A DNA stretch of 64,000 nt from Geosiphon pyriformis uo1. Lineage: Eukaryota; Fungi; Glomeromycota. The position numbers were made by a program, and so were the translations under genes. The stretch is from NCBI GenBank assembly GCA_016748015.1, contig JAAOMT010000213.1, positions 1 to 64,000 on the forward strand. The letters run 5' to 3'. Positions within the stretch are counted from its first letter, which is position 1. Every line of letters begins with the position of its first letter. Below, in pieces: positions 25,380-40,118 of this stretch. The notes below the pieces were generated by a model. The model had not been told where the DNA came from and did no database searches. It was given only the letters and a program-made list of their open reading frames with translations.

Positions 25380-26900
25380 ATAATTTAACTACTACTTAAA
25401 ATCATAGAACCATATAAACTTCTATATTAAGTATGGCTCATGTATTTTTTACACATAATCAGCCACTCATTTTATTATTCTTTTTATATTAATTTAAATA
25501 ATTAAAAAAATCAAAAAAACAATAAAGTAACTACTTTTTTTATTTTTTTTAAAGCATTTAATTTTTTAAAATATCTAACAAAGTTTTTTTGGTATTTTTA
25601 TAATATTTTTTGGTTATTAAATTTTGTTTTTTTATATAAAAAATAAAATATTGGCTTTATTTGGTTTTTTTGTTATTTATATTAATTCTGTAAAAGTAAT
25701 ACTAATTATAATATTTAATTTTAATCTAATTATAAACAATAGTTTTTTTTTCAGATAATAAAAATAATAATATATATTTTAAAATTAATTTTAATTAATA
25801 CATAACTAAATTTCTTAATTTATTAAGTTTTGTTAATTCTAAAAACAAAACAAAACAAAATATTTTTATCATATTTTTAATTAATTAAATTGTTAGACTA
25901 TTTAGTTTTAAAAATTAAACTAATTAAATAAAAACTAAAAATATTTTTTGTTTTTAATAGTACCTAAAAAACTATTGTTAATTATTAAAAAATTTTTATT
26001 AAGCTGTTTTATATAAAGTTTGTTTTTTAAATTTTAAATACTGTTGTTATTAAAGTTTTTTTTTACAAATTGTTTTTTATTTTTAATAATAATTGTTTTA
26101 TTGATTATAATTTCTAATTTATTGTTAAAATATAATTTAATTTTATTTATATAATATTGTTTATAAAATGTTTTCAAAATAATATTACAAAATAATATTT
26201 AAATTCATGTTGTTTAAATAATTACTATTTAGCTTTAACTATAAAAATTATTAAATATAATAACTTAAATCTTAAAAATTTATTTAAAACCAGTCTAAAA
26301 TTGTCTATTTGTTAATTTTAAAAATAAAAAATAAAATAAAAATAAATAAATTTAAAATAAAAATATGTTTTTTAATATGAATTTTAAATTAGTTTTACAA
26401 GTTATTATTTTTTTAATTATTAAATTTTAGTTTAAATTAAAACTTAAAATAGAGTTTTAAGATTTAATATTCGAAAATTAATTTACTAAAAATTAATTTT
26501 AATTGTTTATTAGTTTCGAATTTTTGAATTTATCAAGATTTTAAAAGTCATAATAATTTTTAAGAAGAAAAAAAATAATTGTTTTAACATTAATTATTTT
26601 ATTACAATAATTAAAAAATTAAAAAATTATATTTTTAAAATATTATTCAAGATTTTAAATATTTAAAAGAATTTATTTAATTATTTATTTAAAAATTTAA
26701 TTTTAGTTAAGATTTTTATTATAAAATATTTATAGTCCGATTTCTATTATTAGATTTTTATTGTTAAATTAAATTTTTTTTTAAAAAAAAAAACTTTTTT
26801 TTTATACAAGTTTTTATTGTATTATTAAACTTTTTGTTTTTTAAAAATATTTGTTAATTTTTGTAAATAAATATGAATTTTAATAAACTATTTATTATTT
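25380..26900. other. extremely AT-rich tract, probably a hypermutated TE relic
   Basis: Very low GC and no ORFs; grades into a recognisable LTR remnant. Confidence 0.55.
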
Positions 26901-26914
26901 TAAAAAACTTTAAT

Positions 26915-27087
26915 TAATTCTATTAGCATTAATATAAAACATAGAATTATACTAGTGTATTATTTTTTATTGACAATACAGACTATTTTTCTACTTTTAG
27001 ATTTTCTGATTATTTTTTAAAAAGATTAATAACTGAAATATTTTATAAAACCAATCTTGTACATTAAATTTATACTTATTTAATTTG
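26915..27087 (+). repeat. heavily decayed LTR-A fragment
   Basis: catagaattata...ttgaca...gactat...ctac...agatt aligns with ~18270-18435. Confidence 0.7.
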
Positions 27088-27742
27088 TTTTTTTTTGTTA
27101 ATATATAGCTATATTGATCTTTTATTAGTTTAGCCATATTTAAAAATATGGTTTTTTTATAAAGTCAACTTATTTAATACACTAGTTAACCAGAAAATTT
27201 AAAGAATATTACACAATTATTTAAAGTAATTTTACTACAAATAACTTTAAACAAAATCTTATTATATATCATAAATTTATCACTTTTTTTGACTTTAAGT
27301 TTATAGTTTTTACTATTTTTTTCTTTTGATATTTTTTGTATTTGTGATATTTGTGATGAAATTTTTTTAACTTTGGACTCAATACCTGCTGATTTTTCTT
27401 ATTTAGTCTGTATTTTGCAATAATTTCTCTATAGTCTCTTTTTTGTCTAAGTTACTGTTTATTTATATATCTTAATTAGATTAATATTAGCAAAGATATT
27501 AATTCTTTTAAACTGCTTATTAATTAATCTCTTATATAACAGATCTATGTTAAGTGTTAACATAATATACTCTTTAGACAAGCTAGTTTTTTTTTAAGAT
27601 CTGCATTTTTATGTTTTATTACTACAGCTTTTGATAAATACTATATTAATTTATTTCTGATTTTATCTACCAATTTTTTGCCTGCTTGAGTATTTAGAAA
27701 GCATTTTTAAAAGTGCTGGTTGGTTTTAACTTTTATGTAACA
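27088..27742 (-). mobile_element. 5'-truncated LINE-C 3' fragment with tail and poly(A)
   Basis: Reverse complement matches LINE-C ~55210-55925. Ends in TTAAC-A(n). Confidence 0.8.
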
Positions 27743-27769
27743 TTGTTGTTCAGATATATTAAAAACTAT

Positions 27770-28786
27770 AAAAAAAATTTTTTCTTCTATTTTTTATAAT
27801 CATTATTTTTCTTATAGTAATTAATAAAATTTCAATACAAAAAAGTTTTTTTGTTATTGAAACAGCTAAACAAAATATTCTGGCTACATTTTTTTTTATT
27901 TTTGGTTGGTAGTTTTTCTCCTGTTAAAGTTTCTTTCAAAAAGCACACTTAAGTTAGTTTCTACTACTTTTAAAAGCCCAAAAAGTTTAATAACAGACTA
28001 ATTAACAAATTAGTCTTTCCTGGTTTTATTACTTCTGCTACTATTACTGTTTTACAAATGGCTAAAAGGCCAAAAAATCCAAAAAACAGCAACAGATTTT
28101 TGCAATTGCTATAGTTATACTGAATCTTTTTGTGGTTTCAGATAAGATCTTGAAAAAAATTTTCACAGCAGCAGCCAGTTTTTTTCTTGATATAAATAGC
28201 AATAGCAATAACACATCTTCTAAGATAAAACAAAATTAACTAATGGCTGTGTTGTTTAATGTAATACTTTTTAGCAGATTATTATTTATTATAAAAACAA
28301 AACAGTTTATTATTACAAATAATCTCAAAAATTGAACTGATTAAATAGAAATAAAATCAACTGTTTTTTCTCTAGTTTTTGGTGCTGTTAATAATAATGT
28401 TTGGATAAATATAAATGATTGTTAAAGATTCTCTAAATGGTTGGCCTTTTTATTCTAGTGTTTGATGCTATATTTAAAATCAAAATGGCTTTGCTTAATT
28501 TTTTATTTCAGTTGCTATCTGGTTGTATTGAATTTAAGTCTGTTTCAAAAGATGTTATTAAGTTATTTTGTGTAAAATTTGCATCTTAAAAGAGTCTAAA
28601 TAGTGTCACCAAAGTGGCCATTGGTGATAAAGTTTTCTTGACCACTTTTAAGATTGCATGGTCTTCTAATGTGATTTTTATTTCTATTAGTTATACTTTA
28701 TAATGTATTTTTAAATATCTTTTTTGATAACATTAAAACTGCTCTTGGCATTTTTGTTATTATTACTTCAATTAAGTTAAAATTTA
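27770..28786 (+). mobile_element. decayed HAL1-like B2 copy, 5' portion
   Basis: Homologous to 37925-39035 with deletions and stops. Confidence 0.8.
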
Positions 28787-31205
28787 GGAAAAAACTCTTT
28801 TTCTCCTATTTTTTATGATTATGACAAGAGTTAAGAGTAAAAAAGTTGCAAATGTTACTTTTTCTATAGTAACTAATAAAGTTTTAACATGAAAAGACCT
28901 CTCTGTTATTAAAGCAGTCAAACAAAATATTCTGGTTATATTTCTTTTAAAAAACATTAGTAAAAAGCTGCTTTTAATGATTTCTGGTTTATTTTTTCAC
29001 CTTTGGTTAATAGTTTTTCTTCTGTTAAAGTTCTTTCAAAAAAACATACTCAAATTAGTTCTAGTGTTGTCTCCACTATTTCAAAAAGCCCAAAGATTTT
29101 TAATAACAGACCAGTTAACAAGTTAGTCTTTTCTGTTCTCATTACTCCTACTACTACTATTACTACTATTACTACTATTATTATTACTACTACTACTATT
29201 ATTATTACTACTACTATTACTACCACTTCACAAATGGTTAAAAAAGCCAAAAAGTTTAAAAAACAGCAGCAGGCACTTACAACTGCTTTGGTAACACCAA
29301 ACTTCTTTGTGGTTCCAGATGAAATTTTGGAAAAAATCTCCACAACAGCAGTCAACTTTCTTCTTAATATGGATGAAAACAACAATAACACATCATTTAA
29401 GATGGGACAAAATTAACCACTAGTTGTGTTGCCTAATGTGGTACTCTCTAGCAAATTATCATTTATCATAGAAACAAAACAGTCTATCACTTTAAATGAT
29501 CTCAAAAATTGGGCTGATCAGATGGAAATAAAATCAACTGCTTCTCTCTCAGTTTTTGGCATTGCTGATAGTAATGCTTGGATAAATGTAAATAGTTACC
29601 AAAAGTTCTTTAAATAGATGGCTTCCACTCTAGTGTCTAGTACAATGTTTAAGATCAAAATGATCCTGCTTAGTTCCTTGTTTTAGTTGCTGTCTGATTG
29701 TATTAGGCTTAAATCTGTTTTACAAAATGGTGTCAAATTGTTCTGTATAGAATTTGTATTTCAGAAGAGTCTAAATGGTGCCACCAAAGTGGCCATTAGT
29801 GATGAAATTTTTTTAACCACTTTTAAAATTGCACAGTTTTCTGGTGTAGCCTCTGTTTTTTCTTCTTTTTTGTTAGTTGCACTTTATAATGTATCTTTAA
29901 GTACTTTTTTTAATGACATCAAAACTGCTTTTGGCATTTTTGGTGTTGTCACTTCTGTCAAGTTAAAATCTGCTGGTCTATTACAATATGCTGTGGTTTA
30001 ATTCAAAAACACTTCTTCTGCCACTGTTGTCCTTACTCACTGGTCTGTGCTGATTAAAAAAAACATGTTAGAATTCTCTCTGTTATTAACCAAAATAATG
30101 TTATTTTTTCAAGAAATATCTTTAAAGCTAAGTTGGTTAATATTTTCTTTGGCTGTACTGCCTTTGAAATAAGTGATCTGGTTTCTTAAGTTGGTGGCTG
30201 TATGTGTTTTATTCTCCACTCTCCTGAATTATATTAATATTAATATTTTGCTGTGATTATCTTTAATTCTTTGGGATCTCTGAATATTGCTGTATCAAAA
30301 ACTGGTATTTTGTGTAGTTATTGTATCTAATAAAAAACTTCTGGATGTTACTATTTCTACAGGTGTCAAGACTTGAATTATTTGGCTGTGAACTGCAAAA
30401 AGTTATCTCTTTTCTCTCTCAAACTTTCTTTCAACTTTTTTGGTGGCCCCAAAGTTTTCAAATCTTCATTTGCTGGATTTAAATTTTATGCCAAAGCTAT
30501 TGCCTTTGTAGTTCCTCCTGTTGCTGCTGCTGCTAATATGGATTTGGCTTTTGATGGCCCCCTCAAAGCTACAACACTTATGTTGTCTATTGTCTTTTCT
30601 ACTTCCAATAATGTTGTTAAATTTAGATTGGCTTCTTTGGAATCCCATCTTAGTAAACTTTTTTTGTTGATAAAATTTTTAGTTGAATCTGTTGGCTCTT
30701 TGGTTGTATTGGTTATCAAATTGCTGTTTATTTTACCTGCCATGAATGTTTCAGTAAAAAAAAATGTGATTGGTTTGGCTAAACAAATTAAAAACTTTGT
30801 TGTTATAACTTCTATAATGCAAAAAAAATGGCAAACCTTGAGAAAAAGTGTGAGCAAGTCTGCTTGAAAAAAGTATTTAATAATAATAATATAGATAATG
30901 ATAATAATAACAATAAACATTTTTTGGTCTATAATGATATCTTTAATGAAATTATAAAATTATGAAAAATCTACTCTTCTAGTATCAAATCTAATTCTAA
31001 TTAAACTGCTAAGTATATAAGTAATCTTTTTAAGAATAGTTATGAATTTGTTAGTATTATAAATAAGATATATAAATTAAATATGTTTAATATATTAGAT
31101 AGCATAGATAGTATTAGTATATAGTTAGAGCTTTCCACTTGTAATTAGTCATATCTTGTAATTTTTGTATTATTAAGTAAGCTGACTTTATAAAAACATT
31201 ACTAT
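28787..31205 (+). mobile_element. HAL1-like B2 copy, near full length, decayed
   Basis: aaaactcttt 5' end, ORF relic ~28815-31124, poly-Thr tract, LINE-C-type tail from 31122. Confidence 0.88.
29141..29225 (+). repeat. (ACT/ATT)n tract encoding poly-Thr in the HAL1-like ORF
   Basis: Direct reading; much longer than in the other copies. Confidence 0.85.
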
Positions 31206-31348
31206 TTTTTTTTGTTAATATATAGCCATACTGATTATTTATTAGTTATGTTTACAAAATTGTGGCTCACTTAATAATACAAAAATTACAAGATATAGCT
31301 AATCACAAGTAAAAAGCCCTAACTACATACAAGTACTATCTATGCTAT
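31206..31348 (-). mobile_element. tail-only (~140 bp) HAL1-like B2 insertion, inverted
   Basis: poly(T)-gttaa...aagccctaactac, the reverse complement of the B2 tail plus the last codons. Confidence 0.8.
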
Positions 31349-31349
31349 A

Positions 31350-32880
31350 TTCAAATTTCTAATACTTTATTACTACAATAAAAGAGCATACAAAAAAAAT
31401 TAAGACTCAAAAAAGAACTGAAAATATTAATAAATAACTCATTAGTAAAAGCTGGTTCTAAGAATATTAGAGAAACAGCTGTCTTTGTAATACATAAAAT
31501 AGAAGCCAACTTTAGTATAGCAGTAAATAGAACATTATTATCAAATAAAACTAAGACAAAAACTATATTGTTGGCTTTAAAAGCAGTATTTTACAAATGC
31601 AAACTGATATTAAACACAGATAGTTAGACAGTAGTATTAACAGTTCAAAAATAGTTGGTCAAAGACTCTTTTTTGTTTATTAAAAAACAGCTTAAAACTT
31701 CTAATTAGCACACATAAAATGCAATCAAAGCAGTAATAAGTAAAAAAAAAATTGATCTTATCATAAACAAAGTAGCTATACATATTGGAATAACTAAAAA
31801 TAAAAAAGCTGACAAACTAGCCAAAAAAGTTACTGTTTTTGACACAGTAGGATGAATCTACAATAATATGAATATCTGCTATATTTTCTTTTATAGACAA
31901 GTGAAAATAAATCTAAATATTAAACACTTTTTAAGCCAACAGACTGGACTTTAAACAGCTTTAGATTGAATGAACAATAGCAAAATCCAAGAAGCACCAA
32001 GACTTTTAGACTGAAAATACACAACCAAGATCTGAAACTAGGATAAAAAAATGTTATCAGACTTTACTTTAACTAGTTTTTTAATAATGTATACATTTAT
32101 TATGAAATTGTTTCACAATATGCTATCAATAACAGAGACTATACAACAGACATTTTTTAGTGTATCTAAACAACTTTTGCAAAATATGTCATATAGAAGT
32201 TAAAACCAATCAGCATTTTTGAAAATGCTCTTTAAATACTCAAAAGGACAAAAAACTGATAAATAATATAAGAAATGAATGAATGCAGTGCTTATCAAAG
32301 GCTGTAGAAGGAAAACATAAAACTTCAAACTCTGAAAAAAAGACCAACATGTCTAATAAGTACATTATGTCAACATTAAATATAGATCTGTTATGCAGAA
32401 AGTTGATTAATAAGCAATTTAGAAAAATCAATGTTTTTGCTAACATTAATCAAAATGCTAACAATAATATATTAATTAAGGTATGTAAATGGATAATGGT
32501 TCAAGCAAAAAATAAATTGTAAAAAGAACATTGCAAATTACAATTTGAATAGAAAATTCAATAAGTATTGATAACAGAATTAAGAAAAGTCTATCAAATA
32601 TGTCCAAGATATATAAAACATTAAGTAATAATGATAATAATAATGGCAAACCCAAAGTTAAAAATAGTGAAAAATTTACATGATATAATATAATACTAAT
32701 CAAAGTTTTTTGTAGTAGAATTACTTTATGTAATAGTATAATATCTTTAAAATTTTCTGGTTAAACTAGTATGTAATTAGGCATAATTACTTAGTGGTTA
32801 GCCATATTTTGTAATTTAGATTATTGGATAAGTTGGCTTTATAAAAAAACCACACTTTTTGAGTAAGACTAAACTAATAC
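31350..32880 (+). mobile_element. LINE-C 3' fragment (RNase H, Zn motif, 3' UTR), decayed
   Basis: Colinear with ~54360-55900. Confidence 0.88.
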
Positions 32881-34830
32881 CACACATTTTACTATGCTTT
32901 AAAATTGAAAAAATAAGTTTTTTGCAAAAAAATTTTTAATTATAATAAATTATTATTATTACAACAGACTTAAAAGTGTCTGATAACAATACCAATAGTG
33001 AAGTGATACTAGTTACACAAAGAAGAAAACTTATTTGAAAACACAACTGTCTAAACCAACAACTTTGTCTTGCAACCAATGTTTAACAAAAGTAGAAACA
33101 GCAACAAATTCCAAATAAAAGCTTGGACTAGTAAAAAGAGAGCCTCAAAGTCCCTAAAAAAATTGGATAAACCATCAAAAAAGACTAAAGAAAACAATGA
33201 AAGAGCTGCATAAATAAAAGTAGCTCTGAAAAAATACAATCTTAATATTTTGAACAGGATTAACAGTAAAAATTCTGTATTGAAAATAGAGAAGCAAATA
33301 AACAATCTATTTGTTGCAAACAAAAATAAAGTTGATCTAAATAATACTATAGAGGACATGGAAAACTCTGAATTGGGTCTATCTAACAGAATGGGAAGTC
33401 TAAGTTCAGGACAATATAGTAGTAAATTACTTGGCAAAAAACTCATGTTTATAAAACCAAATTATGAGGAAGGATAAAAAACTATAATCCATAGAATTAA
33501 AAAACATGTGTTTTTTGTGCAGGCATTAGATATACCAAAAAAAATCATGAGAAAGAAAGTGGGGTGGGTTTACAATTTTTTGAGGGATGTCAGTTACCTC
33601 TTAAAAGCTGTAATGGTGAGAAACCAAGAAATCCAAGTGGATTTCTCCCAAGTGATAGAAAGAGATCAGACCAGAGAAATTCTGACAAGTAAAGAAGTTA
33701 ATGGCTACTGATGGCATTACCAACCAAATGGCTGGTCAAAAAAAAGTTCTGGTGAAAAATATTTCTTTAAGCATCTCAGACAAAAAAGTGGGAGCTGTCA
33801 TGAAAAAATTTGGTGAGATAAAAAAAGTTCAAATCAAAATAGCTGGAAAGTGACAATTAGCAGTAGTTAAATATAACAGCAACCAGAACTGTAAACCAAT
33901 AGTCAACCATGGTCAGAAAAAATGCAGTCAGAATTTACCCAATGATTAGAACCCAAAAAATTATTGAACAAAGAAAAACCTGGGAAGCTAAACTAATAGG
34001 TTTACTGCAGAATTGTACTGTTCATTACTTGAGTACCACTCTGGATCAGATTAAAACCCGATCTTATTTTATTCTAAGAACTAGCAAAAATTACACAAGA
34101 ATAGACTATGCTTATATAGGATTTGACAATGAAACTAGTCACAACAGTGCTACCAAAAAACCCTTAATAATTGGAAATACATTGGTTTACTAGATGCTTA
34201 CTGATGCTAAAGAGTACCACTTTTGTTACCAAATAGGGCATTTGGTCTCCAAATGTCCAACTCTATATAAAAAAAAGAGAAAGATACCAAAAAAGTTACC
34301 AATAATATTAGATTGGCAAAGCTGTATGTTAAGAGGAATGTTTCAAAGGAAGCCATCAAGATCTTTAGTGGAAGATTATATGCCAAAATAGCTGCATTTA
34401 GACTGTTTCATAATTCAAACAACACAAACCTAAGCAGATCTCAAAGACCTAATCCACAAATAAATAATAAAGAAAACCAACCAAAAAAAAGGATCAACCA
34501 ACTTTAGAAGACTGAAATTAATGAGTTAAGACAGCAGATTAATGAAATGACCAAACTGTTAAGTGCAGTAGCTGCCAAATTTGGAGTAACAGTAGAGAAA
34601 AAAAAAGATGTAATAATCACTCAACAGCAAAGTCACATTTCAGAAGAAAAAAAGAGGTAGAAAATAAGTTACTAAGCCAGAATACTACATCTAAGTTCAA
34701 CTTGGTAGGAAAAAAAGAAGCATACAACCCAAAAAGGGAAATCAAGAAAATTAAAAAAACATTAGAACCTATTATAAAGTTACTGAAGCAAGTGAAAAAA
34801 CAGGGTAGCTAAAACAGTATTACTAATACT
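32881..34830 (+). mobile_element. LINE-C 5' fragment (5' UTR and ORF1 with an internal deletion)
   Basis: Colinear with 44180-46520; lacks ~44325-44690. Confidence 0.88.
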
Positions 34831-34862
34831 GGAAGACTGATTTTCTCATAAATGCATTATAA

Positions 34863-35608
34863 TATTACAGTTGAAATCTATACTTCTTATTAATTATCAC
34901 ATATATTAACCATTGATGTCACATAATTAGCCATCCTATTTTTAGATAGTGATTATTGACCTGATCAATGACTTGATCATTGACTTGACCATTGACCTGA
35001 TTATTGACCTGATTAATGACCTGATTATTGACTTAATCATTAATCTAATTATTGACCACTTTTAATAGCTATATAAGTAATGAATCTCTTAGCTGTAGAA
35101 AAGCATATTAGAAATACAAAACATGTCAAAAATCAAAAAAAATCAAATAAATAAAAATAACAACTTTCATCTCAATCCTTCTCTTATTGTTAATTTCTCT
35201 TTTTTTATCTTCAAGTATCTGAATATCTTGAAATAAAAGATTACTTATTGGTTATTTTTTATCCTTTTCTTGAAATGTGTAATTGCAGCATTTGAAGATT
35301 ATTGAATAAAATATGACTGAAGAATACATCTGATACCTAATATTGAATTCTAAAAGCACTAATGTGAAACATAAAATTATACCAGGCATAATCATTTGTT
35401 AACAGTATAGACTATCCTTCTATCTTCAGATTCTTTGTTTATCTTTTGAAAGAATAACAACTAAAATACTTTATGAGATTGATTTTGCACATTGAATTCA
35501 TACTTATTCAATTTGCTCTTTGAAGTTAAATTTCCTTTGATTTTTTTTATCACCCTACAATCCTGTTCTTTCTTGTTATTTGTTAGCTTGTTACTCCAAC
35601 CTGTAACA
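34863..35608 (+). repeat. LTR (A/A'-like), no matching TSD
   Basis: Homologous to 17853-18529. Left flank is LINE-C-adjacent; right flank is mid-RT of a Gypsy. Confidence 0.85.
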
Positions 35609-37915
35609 ACATAATAGTCTACTCAAAAACCTGGGATGAAACATTTGCAGAAGGTTTTTGATCTGCTCAAAAATGCTGGCCTTAAGATCAATCCAATTAA
35701 ATTTTTCTTTGGACATCAATCTACCCAGTTTCTTGGTCATCTTATTACAAAAGATGAAATCTTCCCTGACTTAGTTAAAATTTAAAAAGTTCAAAACATT
35801 AGACAACCAATAAATGTTCTTGAACTATGTTCTTTTCTTGGTTTGGCTTCTTACTATCACAAATTTATTAAAGATTTCTCCAAAATCACTTTTTCTTTCA
35901 ATCAACTATTCAAGAAAAATGTCAATTATTACTGGGGTACTCATTAACAAAAAGCTTTTGAAATTTTAAAGGAAAAACTTGTTACTGAACCAATTCTTAA
36001 GCAATCTGATTTAGACCAATCTTTCATTTTCTATACTGATACATTTAGTTATGAACTTGGTGCTGTCCTTTTACAAAAAAATGAAAATAGCAGAGAATAT
36101 GTCATAGTATATGCCAATAGATCTCTCACACCAGCAGAAAAAAACTATTCAGTTACTGAACAAAAATGTTTAGCAGTAGTTTGGGCTACTAGTTACTGGG
36201 ATTAATATTTTCTTGGTGTGAAATTTTTAATAATAACAGATCATCAAGCCTTGGTTTGGCTGCACAATAAAAAAAAGCTAGAACACAAACAAATAACTTG
36301 CTGAATACTCTACTTAGATGAATTCAACTATAATATTCAACACTACAAAAAAGCAAATCATCAAAATGCTGATGCTCTCTCTAAACTTACCATCCAGTAA
36401 TAGTACAACCTCTCAAACCAAACCAACTTAATTATTAATAACTCTTTCACAAACAAACACAATAATAGACTTGAACAACTACACTGTCTTAATAAAATTT
36501 TTAGGTAAAAGACAATACTCACCAAAATACACTTAACAGCAAAAAGAACATTTGTGCAAACAATCAAATTTCTATTTGATCTACCAAAACCAATTATATA
36601 AAAGAAACAAAAAAGATTCTGACTACTCCCAAAGAGTCATCAGATTTGAAGAAAAAGAAATTATAATATACAACATGTACACTGAACTATTAGCTAGACA
36701 CTTTAGAAAAACAAAAACAATTCAGAAAATCTTAGCTTGTTATTATTGGAAAAGACATTGCTGAATACATCAAAACTTGTGACATCTGCCAAAGAAAAGG
36801 CAAACCCAATCACAAAAAAGATATCCATCCAATCTTTGTTGATTAACTATTTGACAGAATTGGTATAGATGTTGTTGGACCTTTAACAATAACTCCTAAT
36901 AGCAACAAATATATTATCACAGCTACCAATTATCTTACAAAGTAGGTAGAAGCAAGAGCCACTTCTGACCAAACAGCAGTCTTAATAGCCAATTTTATTT
37001 ATAAAGATATTATCTGCCATTATGACTGTTCCAAAAAACTTTTATCTGATAAAAGAAAAGCTTTTCTCAGTACACTGGTTGAAGAACTTTGTAGAAAAAT
37101 GAAAATACATCATAAACTTTCTTCCTCTTACCACCTTCAAACAAATGGCTTAGTAGAACGTTTCAATAGAACATTATGTGAAATCTTAGCCAAAACCAGT
37201 AAAAAAACAAACTTATAGGACAAAGTATTGTCTTTAGTTTTGTTTGCTTATAGAACTGTAAATTATGACATAACAAGTTATGAACTTTTTTATTTGTTTT
37301 ATAGACGCATGGCAATACTACCAATAGAAACTAATATTGAGACAATACTCTTAAAAGAGATCACAATAGGAAATTACAAAGACATTTTGCAAAGAAGACT
37401 TGGTACCATTCTTGATTCCTTAGTAGAAACATGAATAATTGTTTTTAAAAAGATAAAACAGTTTCAAAAAAAGCTTAAGAAAAAAAAAATCTATAAAACA
37501 TTTTCTTTAAGTGTTGGTGACTTAGTATTGGAATACCATTCAGATAGAGACAATGTTTATGATAATAAATTCTCTAGCTGGTAGAAAAGACCCTTTATAG
37601 TCAACAAAGTTTTGAACAATAGTTTTTATATTCTTTAAGATTAATCTGGAACAATCTTTAATGATCATTCTGTTCATGGTACATGACTCAAGAAATATCA
37701 TAAACAACCTAATTGGTTGCCTGTTGTAGTAATACTGACCCAAATAATCAACAAAAATCAAGTATAAATAAATATACTATTCCTAAAACAAAGGTATTTT
37801 CAATCAACATGAATAATTATTTTCTGGATCAAAACATTCAAAACGTTTTCTATACTCTCTATGAGTATTGAATCAAAAACTATTCAAATACTACTTTGAC
37901 CATTGAAAAAATATA
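35609..37915 (+). pseudogene. pol: Gypsy family 2 fragment: RT C-terminus, RNase H, integrase, start of extra ORF
   Basis: Reverse-complement homology to ~58670-60935. Confidence 0.9.
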
Positions 37916-37920
37916 AATGT

Positions 37921-40118
37921 AAAAACTCTTTCTCTTCTTAATTTTATGACCACAACTAAAGCTAAGAGTAAAAAAGTTGCAAACATTACTTTTCCTATAG
38001 TAACTAATAAAGTTTTAACATGAGAGAGTTTCTCTGTTATTGAAGCAGTTAAACAAAACATTTTGGCTATATTTCTTCTGAAAAATATTTGTGAAAAGCT
38101 GTCTTTGGCAGCTTCTGGTTCATTTTTTTTATCTTTGGCTAGTGGTTTTTTTTCAGTCAAAGTTCTTTTCAAAAGACACACTCAGGTTAGTCCCAGTGTT
38201 GTCTCTACTACTTTAAAAAGCCCAAAGATTTTCAATAACAGACCAGTCAACAAGTTGGTCTTCTCCACTTTTACCACTCCTATTACTACTACTACTACTA
38301 TTTCACAAATGGCCATAAAAGCCAAAAATTCCAAAAAACAGCAGCTGGCACTTGCAACTGCTTTGGTGATACTGAACTCCTTTGTGGTTCCAGATGAAAT
38401 CTTGGGTAAGATCTTCACAGCAGTAGCCAGCGCTCTTCCTGATATGGATGGCAACAACAGCAGCACATCTCCCAAGATAGACCAAGATCAACCACTAGTT
38501 GTGTTGCCTAATATAATACTCTTCAGCAGATCATTGCCAATTCCAGTAGCAAAGCAGTCCATCAATTTAGATGATCTTAAAGATTGGGCTGATCAGATGG
38601 AAATGGAATTAACTGTTCCTTTTCTAGTTTCTGGTGCTGTTAATGGTAGTGCTTGGGAAAATGTGAGTGGTCATCAAAAGTTTTCTGGTTGGGTGGCCTC
38701 CAATCTTGTACCTGGTGCTATATTTAAAATCAAGATGGTCTTGCTCAGTTCTTTGTTTCAGTTGCTACCTGGTTGCATTGGGCTTAAGTCTGTTTCAAAA
38801 GATGCTATTAAGTTGTTCTGTGTAGAATTTGCATCTCAGGAAAGTTTAAATGGTGCCACCAAAGTGGCCATTAATAATGAAGTTTTTTTAACCACTTTTA
38901 AGATTGCATGGTCTTTTGATGTGGCCTTTGTTTCTTTCCCTTCTTTGTCAATTGCACTTCATAATGTACCTTTGGATATCTCTTCTGATAACATCAAATC
39001 TGCTCTTGATGTATTTGGTGTTGTTACTTCAGTCAAGTTGAAGCCAACTGGTTTATGGCAATATACTGTGGTTTATTTCAAAGACACTTCTTCTGCTGCT
39101 GTTGTTCTTATTCACTGGTCTGTACTGGTTAAAAAAGACAGTATTAGAATTCTCTTTGTTACCAACCAAAAGGAGGTTATCTTCTTAAAAGATGCTTTCA
39201 AAGCTAAGCTGGTCAATCTTTCATTTGGCTGTATTGTATTTGAAATAAGTAATCTGGTCTCCCAAGTTGGTGGCCATATATGTTTTATTTCTTGCTCCTT
39301 TGATTCCTATCGACATTAATGCTTTGCTGTGGTGATCTTTGATTCCTTGGAATCTTTAAATGCTGCTGTTTCAAAAACTGGTATCTTGTGTGGCTGCCAC
39401 ATCTGGTGAGAAACTCCTGAATGTCTTCACTGCTACAGATATCAAAGTTTGGATTATTTGGCTGTGAATTGCAAGGTGTTGTTACCCCTCTCTCCCAAAC
39501 TCTTTTCTAATTCTGTTGATGGTTCCAATATCTTCAAGTCATCCTTTGTTGGAGTTAAATCCTATTGCCAAAACTGCTATCTTTGTGGTTCTTTCTGTTG
39601 CTGTTGCTGCTAATATGAATCTGGCTTTTGGTTTCCTCTCAAAGGTGTTGTGTCTCTGTTGCCTGTTGTCTTCTTTGGTTCAGATGTTGCTGTTAATACT
39701 AGGTTGGCTTCTTTGGAAACCCAACTTAGTGAACTGTCTTTGTTGATCAAATTTATAGTTGAGCCTATGAGTTTTTTGGTTGTGTTGGTTACTAAATTAT
39801 TGTTTACTCCACCTGTTATGGCAGAGGCAATGAAAAAAAGTGTGATTGAATTAAAAAACCAAATTAATGCTGTTTATGCTGTGGCTTTTGTGCTGCAAAA
39901 AGAAGTGGGTGTCATCAAGTTAAAGAGTGGAAAGGTCCACTTTGACATATTTAATAATAAAAATATAGATGATAATAATGATGATGATAATGATGNNNNN
40001 NNNNNNNNNNNNNNNNNNNNNNNNNNNNNNNNNNNNNNNNNNNNNNNNNNNNNNNNNNNNNNNNNNNNNNNNNNNNNNNNNNNNNNNNNNNNNNNAAAAA
40101 AAAAAAAAAAAAAAAAAA
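37921..40118 (+). mobile_element. HAL1-like B2 copy (ORF ~37946 to gap; poly(A) after gap)
   Basis: 418-aa open segment 38063-39319, knuckle relic, coiled coil, (GAT)n, then 100 N and an A run. Confidence 0.88.
39996..40095. other. scaffold gap (100 N)
   Basis: N run. Confidence 1.

Noticed and set aside
25380-26900. Centromeric or organellar AT-rich insert
   Set aside because: No periodic satellite or organellar gene is seen, and it merges into a decayed LTR. Best explained as a mutated TE.
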